Source: an uncultured bacterium
Lineage (GTDB): Bacteria; Bacteroidota; Bacteroidia; Chitinophagales; Chitinophagaceae
Length of the DNA stretch: 64,000 nt
Assembly: GCA_963977985.1 (NCBI GenBank)
Contig: CAXBQH010000004.1
Coordinates: forward strand, 38,686-102,685
Direction of reading: 5' to 3'
In this document: positions 38,958 through 48,685 of the stretch, piece after piece
How the letters are laid out: each line of letters begins with the position of its first letter
Position numbering within the stretch: the stretch's first letter is position 1
The notes under the pieces: generated by a model
The model's database searches: none
What the model was told of the DNA's origin: nothing
Seen by the model: the letters and a program-made list of their open reading frames with translations, nothing else
Made by a program: the position numbers and the translations under genes

Positions 38958-39818
38958 ATGGCATTCAAGGCATCTAATTTTAAAGTAAGAGCACTCTCTG
39001 CAATTGTTTTTGTGATTATTATGTTAGCGGGTTTAGTTTGGAACCAATGGTCTTTTTTTACGCTGTTCTTAATCATTCAATTAGGTTGCTTATATGAATA
39101 TCAAAAACTATTAGCACTCATTTATCCCTCTTATAAAAATATTTCAATGGTTCATCAATGGGGTTTATTAATAGTGGGCTGTTTAATGATGATGACATTG
39201 GGGCCAGTGGATTTGAACATTTTTGGAATGAGTATTAAGTATATAGGAAGTAGGGCACTGCCCCTAGTGCTAGGGCTTATGTTAGTAGTAGATATTTTTT
39301 CAAAGAAATTTCAATTACAAAATTGGGCTATTTCTTTTGCGGGACTCGTATATATTCCAATGGGATTGTCATTATTTTTTCAATTGAAAAGTTTTATGAC
39401 TACTACTTATTATGAAAATTGGACTTTTTCTATTCCTTTATTATTAATTGTGGCTATATGGGTAAATGATACGATGGCATATTTGGTGGGTTCGGTGATT
39501 GGTAAAACCCCATTGTCTCCCATCTCTCCCAATAAAACTTGGGAAGGAACCATAGCGGGTGTTGTTCTTTCTATTTTAATAGTCTCAAAGGGAATGGCTT
39601 TAATAGTACCTATACAAGAAAAATATATTTTTTACATAAGTTTTGTGGCCTCCATTGCAGGAAATTTTGGCGATTTGTTAGAAAGTAAATTAAAGCGTTT
39701 AGCTGGTGTAAAAGATAGTGGGTCAATGATGCCCGGCCACGGTGGGTTTTTAGATAGATTTGATTCAATCTTATTTGCCACGCCTTTTGTATGGCTTATT
39801 CTTCATATTCTGTTTTAG
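38958..39818 (+). CDS. cdsA: Phosphatidate cytidylyltransferase
   Basis: NDTMAY, SPNKTWEG, GDLLESKLKRLAGVKDSG..MPGHGGFLDRFDS. Confidence 0.96.
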   Translation: MAFKASNFKVRALSAIVFVIIMLAGLVWNQWSFFTLFLIIQLGCLYEYQKLLALIYPSYKNISMVHQWGLLIVGCLMMMTLGPVDLNIFGMSIKYIGSRALPLVLGLMLVVDIFSKKFQLQNWAISFAGLVYIPMGLSLFFQLKSFMTTTYYENWTFSIPLLLIVAIWVNDTMAYLVGSVIGKTPLSPISPNKTWEGTIAGVVLSILIVSKGMALIVPIQEKYIFYISFVASIAGNFGDLLESKLKRLAGVKDSGSMMPGHGGFLDRFDSILFATPFVWLILHILF

Positions 39819-39848
39819 ATGCTTTAGATTTGCAACCAAATATACACT

Positions 39849-40508
39849 ATGACCATACATAAAGAAGGTACGGCTACCATATCTCTTATAGCAATTTTAA
39901 TGGGGGTCTTGAACATAGTTAACTTTTCATATTTATATCCTCTTAGTGCTGCAGGTGCTTGGTGTGTATTTATTATAACGCTCGCTTTTTTCTTATTTAT
40001 TGTTTCTTTTTTTAGAATACCTAATCGCACACTTACCATTAGTGATGGCGCCATAGTATCACCTGCTGATGGTAAAGTAGTAGTCATTGAAGAAGTGCAA
40101 CCAGATGAATTTTATACAGAAAAGAGAATTCAAATAAGTGTATTTATGAGTCCTGCTAATGTGCACGTGAACCGATTGCCCATTGCAGGTAATATCATTT
40201 ATAACAAATATCATCCTGGTAAATTTTTAGTGGCTTGGCATCCTAAATCTTCTACCGATAATGAAAGATGGTCGGTAGTGGTTGAAAATAGTCGGGGGAG
40301 TATTTTATGTAAACAAATTGCGGGCGCCCTAGCAAGAAGAATTTGTAATTACACAACCATAGGAAAATCCTATCAACAATGTGAAGAGTACGGATTTATA
40401 AAATTTGGAAGTAGGGTAGATCTTTTATTACCCTTAGACGCTACTATTCATACCAAAATAGGGGATGTAGTAAAAGGAGGCGTTACTGTACTTGCTAGTT
40501 GGAAATAA
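39849..40508 (+). CDS. psd: Phosphatidylserine decarboxylase proenzyme
   Basis: FFRIPNR, SPADG, FMSPANVH, FGSRVD self-cleavage motif. Confidence 0.94.
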   Translation: MTIHKEGTATISLIAILMGVLNIVNFSYLYPLSAAGAWCVFIITLAFFLFIVSFFRIPNRTLTISDGAIVSPADGKVVVIEEVQPDEFYTEKRIQISVFMSPANVHVNRLPIAGNIIYNKYHPGKFLVAWHPKSSTDNERWSVVVENSRGSILCKQIAGALARRICNYTTIGKSYQQCEEYGFIKFGSRVDLLLPLDATIHTKIGDVVKGGVTVLASWK

Positions 40509-40526
40509 TATTTTCAAATAGCCCAT

Positions 40527-41222
40527 TTATAAAATACTTTCTAATTCTTTTAAATGAGTAATGGTATGTGTGGCAGGTACCGTGGGTTGTATTTTTAAAT
40601 GATTTACAAATATAGAATCCATATTGGCGTTAATAGCGCCTTGTATATCTGCAGCTTCATTATCTCCTATCATAATACTTGTTTGTACTTCTGCGTTGGC
40701 CGCTTTTAATGCATATTCAAAAATTTCTTTATTGGGTTTTAAACTACCACTGGCTTCTGAAGTAATAACTTGTGTAAAGAAATGGGTTAAATTGGCATTT
40801 TTAATTTTATTAAATTGAACCGATTCAAATCCATTGGTAATTAAATGCATTTTGTAATGCTTACTTTTTAGATATTCCAGAATTTCATAAGTATAAGGAA
40901 ATACATTCTTTTTATGAGGGAGTATCTCTAAGTATTCAACAGACATAGCTTTGGATAAAGATTCATCTGCAATTTTAAAATCTAATAAACTTAAGTAAAT
41001 GCGTTTCCATCTTAATTCTTCCTGTTTTATAAATCCTTTGGTATACCTATCCCATAACCGATGATTGTGTTCGCTGTAAGTGGCATAAAAATTATGGAAA
41101 TCTTTAATGCCATTGGCTGCTAACTCATATTTTTGATAGAGATCCCATAAGGTTTCTTTGGAGTTTGATTCAAAGTCCCACAGGGTATGATCAAGGTCAA
41201 AAAATAAGTCTTTGTAAAGCAT
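40527..41222 (-). CDS. YjjG-family HAD nucleotidase
   Basis: FDLDHTLWDF, ITNGF, LKP, MIGDN..ADI; ATG at 41222. Confidence 0.9.
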   Translation of the reverse strand: MLYKDLFFDLDHTLWDFESNSKETLWDLYQKYELAANGIKDFHNFYATYSEHNHRLWDRYTKGFIKQEELRWKRIYLSLLDFKIADESLSKAMSVEYLEILPHKKNVFPYTYEILEYLKSKHYKMHLITNGFESVQFNKIKNANLTHFFTQVITSEASGSLKPNKEIFEYALKAANAEVQTSIMIGDNEAADIQGAINANMDSIFVNHLKIQPTVPATHTITHLKELESIL

Positions 41223-41293
41223 CAATAAATATTGTATTGAACGAATTTACAAATTTGATGCTTATCTTTATTTTTTATTTAGCGACCTTTTAA

Positions 41294-42001
41294 ATGAATA
41301 CTATGTGGGTAGTTGTTACAGGTGCTTCTCAGGGTATTGGTTTTGCAGTAGCAGAAGCTTTTGCAAAACAAGGATATCATTTGTTATTAGGTAGTAAAAC
41401 TGATTCACATTTACAATCGGCTGTAGCGCAATTACAATTAACTTATCCAAATGTTACTATACATAGTAAGCAAGTAAACTTAGCTATACCCGAGGAGTGT
41501 AAAAAATTTGGTGAATGGTGTTTGAGTTTGGGTACTCCTTCTATTTTAGTGAATAATGCGGGATATTTTTTACCTGGAAATTTAATGGAAGAAGAGTCTG
41601 GTGTTTTAGACGCTCAAATTGCCAATAATTTGTATTCAGCTTATCATACTTCAAGAGCCATTGTGCCTGCTATGATACAAGCGGGTAGTGGACATATATT
41701 TAATATTTGTTCCATAGCTTCTTTGCAAGCATACCCACAAGGTGGTTCTTATAGTATTAGTAAATATGCCCTCGACGGGTTTTCAAAAAATTTAAGAGAG
41801 GAACTAAAAGAGAAAGGCATAAAAGTTACTAGCGTGTATCCTGGAGCTACTTATACTAATAGCTGGAAGGGGAGTGGTGTAGATCCTGCTAGAATAATGG
41901 AAGCACAAGATATTGCTACAATGATTTTTGCAGCCACTCAGTTAAGCCCACAAGCAGTGGTGGAAGATATTGTTATGCGACCTCAATTAGGAGATATCTA
42001 A
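41294..42001 (+). CDS. Short-chain dehydrogenase/reductase
   Basis: TGASQGIG, NNAG, YSISK, PGAT. Confidence 0.92.
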   Translation: MNTMWVVVTGASQGIGFAVAEAFAKQGYHLLLGSKTDSHLQSAVAQLQLTYPNVTIHSKQVNLAIPEECKKFGEWCLSLGTPSILVNNAGYFLPGNLMEEESGVLDAQIANNLYSAYHTSRAIVPAMIQAGSGHIFNICSIASLQAYPQGGSYSISKYALDGFSKNLREELKEKGIKVTSVYPGATYTNSWKGSGVDPARIMEAQDIATMIFAATQLSPQAVVEDIVMRPQLGDI

Positions 42002-42006
42002 TTTTT

Positions 42007-42765
42007 TCACCATTTTTCATTCACACCAAGGCTAAATAAGGCAAAATCATATTTAACAGGATCGGCTGCATCTAAAGTTCTACAATAATTGGTTAATTCA
42101 ATGGCTGTTTGCCAATCTGTTTGTTTTCTTTTTATAATACCTAAATTTCTTGAAACCCTTGCTACGTGCACATCTACCGGCATAATGAGTGCGGAGGGAG
42201 CTACCCTTTTCCAGATCCCAAAATCTACTGCTTGTGCATCGCTTCGAACCATCCATCTTAAAAACATATTAAGTCTTTTGCAAGTAGAACCTGCCAAAGG
42301 GCTAGCAATATGTTTTTTTGTTCTACTAGGAGCTTCTTTTAATGAAAAAAAATAATTATGAAAATGAATGAGCGCTTCTTCAACACTATTACAATTATTA
42401 AAAAAAGCAGTTTCTAAACTTTTATGAGTAGCGTAATGATGTTTTAAAAATGCTATACAGTATAATAAGTCGGTAGTATTAAAAGTTCTATGGGCAAAGC
42501 CCATTAATTTTTTTAAATCTTTGTCTTGGTGTTGAGTGCAAAAATGAAAAGGATCGTTATCCATTCTTTGAAGCAACTCTTTACTTTTATTAATAATGGT
42601 AGTTCTATTTCCCCAAGCAAAAATGGCTGCAAAAAAACCTGCAATTTCTATATCCTGCTGTTGGGTAAATTGATGCGCAATACTAATGGGATCTTTTTCA
42701 ATAAAATCAATGCTATTGTATTGCTTAACTTTTTGATCTAGTAATTTTTGGAGGGCATCCATCAT
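42007..42765 (-). CDS. TIGR02757 family protein (HhH-GPD-like, function unknown)
   Basis: DPISIAH, WGNR, STCKRLNMFLRWMVR, PVDVHV, DPVKYDFALF. Confidence 0.88.
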   Translation of the reverse strand: MMDALQKLLDQKVKQYNSIDFIEKDPISIAHQFTQQQDIEIAGFFAAIFAWGNRTTIINKSKELLQRMDNDPFHFCTQHQDKDLKKLMGFAHRTFNTTDLLYCIAFLKHHYATHKSLETAFFNNCNSVEEALIHFHNYFFSLKEAPSRTKKHIASPLAGSTCKRLNMFLRWMVRSDAQAVDFGIWKRVAPSALIMPVDVHVARVSRNLGIIKRKQTDWQTAIELTNYCRTLDAADPVKYDFALFSLGVNEKW

Positions 42766-43904
42766 TCACCTATGGCTTGTGCGATATCTGCAATTAAGTC
42801 GTTGACATCTTCAATGCCCACGCTTAAGCGAATTAATCCATCTGATAATCCATTGGCTATTCTTTGTTCACGCGGTATAGAAGCGTGTGTCATACTTGCA
42901 GGGTGATTGATTAAAGATTCTACGCCACCTAAACTTTCAGCTAAAGAAAATATTTTTGTACTGGAGAGTACTTTGGTAGCTGCTTCAAGCGTATCTGTTT
43001 TTAAAGTAAAGCTCATCATAGCTCCAAATCCACGCATTTGTTTTTTTGCAATACTATGATTCGGATGATCTTCAAAACCGCACCAATATACTTTACCTAC
43101 TTTAGGATGTTGTCTTAAGTAATGAGCTATTTGAATACCATTTTCACAGTGTCTTTGCATACGAACGTGTAAGGTTTTAATACCTCTTAATACTAAAAAA
43201 CAATCCTGCGGGCCTGGAACAGCACCTGTACTTTTTTGAATAAAATATAACTGATCTCTTAAAGTGGGGTCATTCATTACTAAACAACCTTGAATAACAT
43301 CGCTATGGCCCCCTAAATATTTAGTTGCTGAATGCATTACGATATCGGCCCCAAAATCTAAAGGATTTTGTAAATAAGGAGAGGCGAAAGTATTATCTAC
43401 ACAAACCCAACAATTATGTTTTTTGGCTATTTGAGCTACTGCTTCAATATCACTTATATTCATTAAAGGATTGGTGGGCGTTTCTAACCAAATTAATTTA
43501 GTGGATGCACTTATGGCTTTTGCTACATTATTGGCATCTGTGGTATCCACATATATAAATTTGATGCCCATTTTTTCATACACTTTGGAAAACAATCTAA
43601 AAGTGCCACCATACATATCGTGAGCAGCTATCACTTCATCTCCAGGAACCAATAAACGCATTACGGCATCAGTGGCAGCAACACCACTAGAGAAAGCCAA
43701 TCCAAATTTTCCATTTTCAATAATGGCCAAAGCTTCTTCCAATGCAAATCTGGTAGGATTTTGACTTCTAGCATATTCATATCCTTTATGTACTCCTGGT
43801 GCCGATTGTACATAAGTAGAAGTTTGATAAATAGGTGTCATAATAGCACCAGTGCTAGGATCGGGATGTGCCCCTGCGTGGATATATTTAGTAGCTGGTT
43901 TCAT
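42762..43904 (-). CDS. Cystathionine gamma-synthase/lyase (Cys/Met PLP enzyme)
   Basis: YARSQNPT, ETPTNP, DNTF, HSATKYLGGHSD, AESLGG, RLSVGIE. Confidence 0.93.
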   Translation of the reverse strand: MKPATKYIHAGAHPDPSTGAIMTPIYQTSTYVQSAPGVHKGYEYARSQNPTRFALEEALAIIENGKFGLAFSSGVAATDAVMRLLVPGDEVIAAHDMYGGTFRLFSKVYEKMGIKFIYVDTTDANNVAKAISASTKLIWLETPTNPLMNISDIEAVAQIAKKHNCWVCVDNTFASPYLQNPLDFGADIVMHSATKYLGGHSDVIQGCLVMNDPTLRDQLYFIQKSTGAVPGPQDCFLVLRGIKTLHVRMQRHCENGIQIAHYLRQHPKVGKVYWCGFEDHPNHSIAKKQMRGFGAMMSFTLKTDTLEAATKVLSSTKIFSLAESLGGVESLINHPASMTHASIPREQRIANGLSDGLIRLSVGIEDVNDLIADIAQAIGE

Positions 43905-43911
43905 ATGTATT

Positions 43912-44574
43912 TTAAGTGGGCTTGTTTCCGTTTTTAAACATTCTATAAGAATAAATAGCAGGTACTAATACCATTATGATCATATTTATAAAAAATATGA
44001 CAAATGAAGTTACAGAGCTAAACACAATACCTGCGATACATTGAAAAAGGCCACCATAGAGCCAAACTTTTCCCGCAATTTTATGTGTAGCATTCCAATT
44101 GTCTTCATTCTCTAATGTCCAAGGCAATTTAAATCCTGCAAAATAATTTTGTTTTAAGTGAGGCATATACCATCCCAAACCCGCAAAAGCTACTCCCAAC
44201 ATAGGAAATAATAATTTTTCAATTGAAATGCCTGGATGTGTAGTTGAATATAAAATCACTAAACAGAGTAAGCTTAAAAACACTACTGTAAAAAATCCAA
44301 ATTTTTTAAATAAACCATCATCTACTTGTTGGGTTCTTTTGGGATCAATATTTTTAATATTGGCTAATAAAAAATAAGTGAATAAGCTAGCTACACCTAG
44401 TATGATGGGTCCTAAATAAATACTATCTTTTCCGCCAAAGCCATCGGCCTCACCCTTGATATTAAAATGAATGGGAATAATCTCGGGTAAACTTGGGTAG
44501 AGATAAGCTGCATATATAAAGGGAATTCCGATAAGGATACCCACATATAGGAGCATCAATTTTTTATTATCCAT
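43912..44574 (-). CDS. SdpI/DUF1648 membrane protein
   Basis: LPEIIPIHFN..GEAD, NYFAGFKLPWTL...W..TH..AG. Confidence 0.85.
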   Translation of the reverse strand: MDNKKLMLLYVGILIGIPFIYAAYLYPSLPEIIPIHFNIKGEADGFGGKDSIYLGPIILGVASLFTYFLLANIKNIDPKRTQQVDDGLFKKFGFFTVVFLSLLCLVILYSTTHPGISIEKLLFPMLGVAFAGLGWYMPHLKQNYFAGFKLPWTLENEDNWNATHKIAGKVWLYGGLFQCIAGIVFSSVTSFVIFFINMIIMVLVPAIYSYRMFKNGNKPT

Positions 44575-44647
44575 AAAATGGCTTTAGGTGCTAAAGTTAC
44601 TATTTATTCGGTTTGCATCCATACTACGCTATATCCCCAAAAAAAAT

Positions 44648-44655
44648 TACTTTTG
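44648..44655 (+). promoter_or_regulatory. -7 promoter element TACTTTTG
   Basis: Exact consensus 16 nt before ATG 44672; lies inside the track ORF, supporting the downstream start. Confidence 0.55.
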
Positions 44656-44671
44656 CTTCAAATTGTATAAA

Positions 44672-45646
44672 ATGAACAAAGGCCCCATTTCAAAGTTTAT
44701 TGAACACCATTATCGACACTTTAATGCTGCTGCATTAGTAGATGCTGCCAAAGGCTATGAAAATCACCTTTTAGAAGGTGGTAAAATGCTTGTAAGTTTA
44801 GCGGGCGCAATGAGTACTGCTGAGTTAGGCATTAGTTTAGCTGAAATGATTCGCCAAGATAAAATTGCTATCATTAGTTGTACGGGGGCAAACCTAGAAG
44901 AAGATGTAATGAATTTAGTGGCACATAGCCATTATAAGCGTGTGCCTAATTATCGTGATCTTACTCCACAAGACGAGTGGGATTTATTAGAAAATCATTA
45001 TAACCGAGTTACCGATACTTGTATACCTGAAGAAGAGGCTTTTAGAAGACTTCAAAAACATATCGTCAAATTTTGGAAACAAGCGGAAGCTAAGGGGGAG
45101 CGTTATTTCCCACACGAATTTTTATACCAAGTAGTTTTGAGTGGTGAATTAGAACAATATTATGAAATAGATCCTAAAGACAGTTGGATTGTAGCAGCTG
45201 CTCAAAAAAATATACCCATTGTGGTACCAGGATGGGAAGATAGTACCACTGGAAATATTTTTGCAAGCTATGTTATTAAAAATGAATTAAAAGCAAGCAC
45301 TGTTAAAAATGGTATAGAATATATGGTGGCATTAACAGAGTGGTACCGTGCTAACAGTGGTGGAAAAGGAGTTGGATTTTTCCAAGTGGGTGGAGGTATT
45401 GCCGGAGATTTTCCTATTTGTGTGGTGCCAATGATGTATCAGGATTTAGAATGGCACGATGTTCCTTTTTGGAGTTATTTCTGTCAAGTGAGCGATAGTA
45501 CTACTTCTTATGGTTCTTATTCTGGGGCTGTACCTAATGAAAAAATTACTTGGGGTAAATTAGATATTCATACACCTAAATTTATTGTGGAAAGTGATGC
45601 TACCATTGTAGTACCATTAATTTTTGCTTATATACTTGGACAGTAA
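44672..45646 (+). CDS. Deoxyhypusine synthase-like protein (probable homospermidine synthase)
   Basis: HFNAAAL, AGAMSTAELG, GGGIAGD, SYSGAVPNEKITWGK; start MNKGP at 44672. Confidence 0.9.
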   Translation: MNKGPISKFIEHHYRHFNAAALVDAAKGYENHLLEGGKMLVSLAGAMSTAELGISLAEMIRQDKIAIISCTGANLEEDVMNLVAHSHYKRVPNYRDLTPQDEWDLLENHYNRVTDTCIPEEEAFRRLQKHIVKFWKQAEAKGERYFPHEFLYQVVLSGELEQYYEIDPKDSWIVAAAQKNIPIVVPGWEDSTTGNIFASYVIKNELKASTVKNGIEYMVALTEWYRANSGGKGVGFFQVGGGIAGDFPICVVPMMYQDLEWHDVPFWSYFCQVSDSTTSYGSYSGAVPNEKITWGKLDIHTPKFIVESDATIVVPLIFAYILGQ

Positions 45647-45648
45647 AT

Positions 45649-45680
45649 AAAAAAGCCCTTAAAAATCTAAGGGCTTTTTT
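45649..45680. terminator. Bidirectional intrinsic terminator between convergent genes
   Basis: AAAAAAGCCCTTA-aaaatc-TAAGGGCTTTTTT. Confidence 0.85.
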
Positions 45681-45695
45681 ATTTTTAAATTATTA

Positions 45696-47240
45696 TTACC
45701 TAGCGGGCATATTTAAAGGAATATCTCTTTTAAGCATATCATCTCTTTGGGCAATTTCACAAGCAGTATGAAATACCATAGACACTCTTTTTTGCATTAG
45801 ATCAAAATTAATTTTTTCTATAGTATCGCTGGGTTGGTGGTAATCGGCTAATAACATACCATCATAGAAAAATAAAATAGGTACACCTTTTTTTGCAAAA
45901 TTATAATGGTCGCTACGGTAGTAAATTCTATTTTTATCGTTAGGATCGTCGTATTTGTAATCTAAAGTGATATTGCTAGAAGCTTTATTGGCAGCTTCAT
46001 TAATAACTACTAAATCAGAGCTTAATTTATCGTGACCTATCACATATACATAATTAAGGGTATCTCCTAAATGTCTTTCAGTGTCCACACGACCTACCAT
46101 ATCAGTATTTAAATCTGCAGTTGTTTTATCTAAAGGAAACAATGGATGTTCTGAATAATAATCAGAACCCCATAGCCCTTTTTCCTCTCCACTCACCGTC
46201 ATAAATACGATGGTTCTACGAGGTTTAAAACCTTTTTTGGCAGCTGTTGAAAATGCTTCAGCCATTTGCATTACGCTCACTGTTCCTGAACCATCATCAT
46301 CTGCGCCATAATAAATAACATCACCTCTTTTGCCTAAATGATCATAGTGGCCAGTAAGCATTAGATATTCTTCTTTTTTATCGGTGCCTGGTAATACTGC
46401 CACAACATTACTGCTTTCTAAATTTTCAGTGGTTTTACTTACGCTGATACTTGCCTCAGTTGCATAATTACCTTTTTTTAATTCTTTGATAGAAGAAAGA
46501 GTACTAGCGCTATTGCCTAATAAAGCGGCTGCTAATTCAATAGAAACATTGGCCATTAAAAAACCTGGGTTGAGATTAGCTTTTACATACATATTTCCTT
46601 TAATAGGTGTTGGATTTTTGCGAGGGAAATCGGCAGATACAATAAATAAACCTGCGGCTCCTTTGGTGCTTGCCTGTCTTTGTTTGGCCATAGGAGAGGC
46701 AGGATTAGCAAAAAATGCACGATTGCCTCCTGGTCCCATTGTTACTGGTCCTGTGCTGGTACCTTCTATAACAACTACCATTTTTCCTTTCACTTCTAAA
46801 TTTTCATAATCGTTAATTCCTTTTTCAGCATCTACTATTCCATATCCAGCAAATACTACTTCTTTAAAATTAGCATTACCATTAGCAATGGTTTGTAAAT
46901 TAAAATTGAAGTCTTTGTCCCATTCAAATGAACGACCACCTACAGTGAATTTTTTTTCAGCCAAAATATCTTGATACACTGGATACACTTGTTGATAGCT
47001 ATTGCCATTTCCAGGTAATAATCCCATTCTTTTAAACTCTGATTCAATGTAAGCAGCAGCGCGTTTTTGTCCGGGTGATGCTGTTTCTCGACCTTCCATT
47101 TCAGCACTCGCAATAATAGAAAGCTTTTCTTTTAATGCTTTAGCGGTGATTACATTGGCAAATGGTGTGAGCTCTTTTGATTTTTGAGCAAAAGACATTG
47201 TGCTCATAAGAAGCAAAGAAATTCCAAGTAGTTTTTTCAT
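45696..47240 (-). CDS. Secreted M28 family aminopeptidase with PA domain
   Basis: Signal peptide SFA-Q; GHYDH, GADDDGSG, SGEEKGLWGS, NTDMVGR, RSDH, YHQPSD. Confidence 0.92.
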   Translation of the reverse strand: MKKLLGISLLLMSTMSFAQKSKELTPFANVITAKALKEKLSIIASAEMEGRETASPGQKRAAAYIESEFKRMGLLPGNGNSYQQVYPVYQDILAEKKFTVGGRSFEWDKDFNFNLQTIANGNANFKEVVFAGYGIVDAEKGINDYENLEVKGKMVVVIEGTSTGPVTMGPGGNRAFFANPASPMAKQRQASTKGAAGLFIVSADFPRKNPTPIKGNMYVKANLNPGFLMANVSIELAAALLGNSASTLSSIKELKKGNYATEASISVSKTTENLESSNVVAVLPGTDKKEEYLMLTGHYDHLGKRGDVIYYGADDDGSGTVSVMQMAEAFSTAAKKGFKPRRTIVFMTVSGEEKGLWGSDYYSEHPLFPLDKTTADLNTDMVGRVDTERHLGDTLNYVYVIGHDKLSSDLVVINEAANKASSNITLDYKYDDPNDKNRIYYRSDHYNFAKKGVPILFFYDGMLLADYHQPSDTIEKINFDLMQKRVSMVFHTACEIAQRDDMLKRDIPLNMPAR

Positions 47241-47257
47241 AAATTGTTTTTAAATTT

Positions 47258-47713
47258 TTAAGCGCAAGTGATTTTGTTGACTCTATTTTCATGTCTACCT
47301 CCTTCAAAAGCGGTAGTCATAAATTTCTCTATCATTTCAAAACTTAATTCCATACTCACAAAACGAGCAGGGATACAAATAATATTGGCATTATTGTGTA
47401 ATCGAACAAGTTCGGCAACTTCTGTATTCCAACATAGACCTGCTCTTATTCCTGCGTGCTTATTAGCAGTCATTGCAACCCCATTAGCACTGCCACAAAA
47501 TAAAATTCCAAAGCAAGCTTCTCCCTTTTCTACACTACTGGAGGTTGGGTGTGCGTAGTCGGGGTAGTCCACTGAATCGCTGTTATAAGTACCAAAGTCC
47601 TTTGTGCTATAGCCTTTTTCCTCGAGCCATTTTTTAGTAGCATTTTTATAATCGATACCTGCGTGATCTGCACCAATAGCTATGGGTTTGGAAGCATCAA
47701 ATACAAATGACAT
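47258..47713 (-). CDS. rpiB: Ribose-5-phosphate isomerase B
   Basis: IGADHAG, VDYPD, CGSANG, RLHNNAN, FEGGRH. Confidence 0.95.
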   Translation of the reverse strand: MSFVFDASKPIAIGADHAGIDYKNATKKWLEEKGYSTKDFGTYNSDSVDYPDYAHPTSSSVEKGEACFGILFCGSANGVAMTANKHAGIRAGLCWNTEVAELVRLHNNANIICIPARFVSMELSFEMIEKFMTTAFEGGRHENRVNKITCA

Positions 47714-47762
47714 ATTATTTTATTTAGTAGTAAGTAGTATTATTTTACTTTATGAAGGTAGA

Positions 47763-48614
47763 TTAATCCCAGGTTTCTTCTTCAGCTTTCATTTTTTTAT
47801 GGGCCCATCTGGATACAAAAATGCTACACTCAAATAAAGTATATAAAGGAATAAATACAATGGTTTGACTATACCAGTCTGGACTAGGCGTTATAAATGC
47901 AGCTACAAATAAAATAATGACTACAGCATATTTACGGGTAGTACTTAAAAATTGTGGTGTGATAAACCCAATTTTAGTTAATAAAAATACTATCACAGGT
48001 AATTCAAAAGCAATACCACAACCTAAAATTAAGTTGGTTAAGTTATCCAAATAGTCAGCAAAAGTGGGTATGGTAGTGATAGCACCTCTAGATCCTAGTT
48101 GAAAGCCTGCCAAGAAATTAAATGTAAAAGGCCCCAAGACTAAAAATCCAAAAGCGGCACCCATAAAGAAAAAGAAAGAAACCCAAAAAATCATAAACCT
48201 AGTATTTTTAATTTCTTTTTCTTTCAAAGCGGGTTTTACAAAAGCCCATATTTGATAAAAGATATAAGGAAAAGCTACTATGAGTCCTCCCACAAAAGCC
48301 ATACTAATACTACTTAAAAATTGTCCACCGAAAGTGGTGCTTTGTAATGATACTTTTACGGGAGGCATACAAAGTGAATCTCCTAAATGTAAAAAATGAC
48401 TTAATCTACAAAATGCTCTATAAGTGATAAAGTCTGGATTTAAGGGACCCGTAATTACATAGTCCATTACCCAATCACGATAAATAAAAATAATAATGGA
48501 GGTAACTAATATTGAAATTAATGAACGAATAATGGTTCCTCTTAATTCTTCTAAATGATCGATGAAAGACATCTCAGATTCATCGTTTTTCTTAAATCGG
48601 TCAAATAATGCCAT
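47763..48614 (-). CDS. tatC: Twin-arginine translocase subunit TatC
   Basis: MSFIDHLEELR, FVKPAL, FELP, AFITPSPD. Confidence 0.95.
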   Translation of the reverse strand: MALFDRFKKNDESEMSFIDHLEELRGTIIRSLISILVTSIIIFIYRDWVMDYVITGPLNPDFITYRAFCRLSHFLHLGDSLCMPPVKVSLQSTTFGGQFLSSISMAFVGGLIVAFPYIFYQIWAFVKPALKEKEIKNTRFMIFWVSFFFFMGAAFGFLVLGPFTFNFLAGFQLGSRGAITTIPTFADYLDNLTNLILGCGIAFELPVIVFLLTKIGFITPQFLSTTRKYAVVIILFVAAFITPSPDWYSQTIVFIPLYTLFECSIFVSRWAHKKMKAEEETWD

Positions 48615-48685
48615 ACTACATTTTAATGAGGGTTAAAGTTAAGCTTTCTAGTGGAAAAACAGGGGTCCAAAAGATAAAAAAAGGA

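Noticed and set aside
44588-44671. N-terminal extension of the DHS-like ORF
   Set aside because: Contains the promoter element; homology starts at ATG 44672
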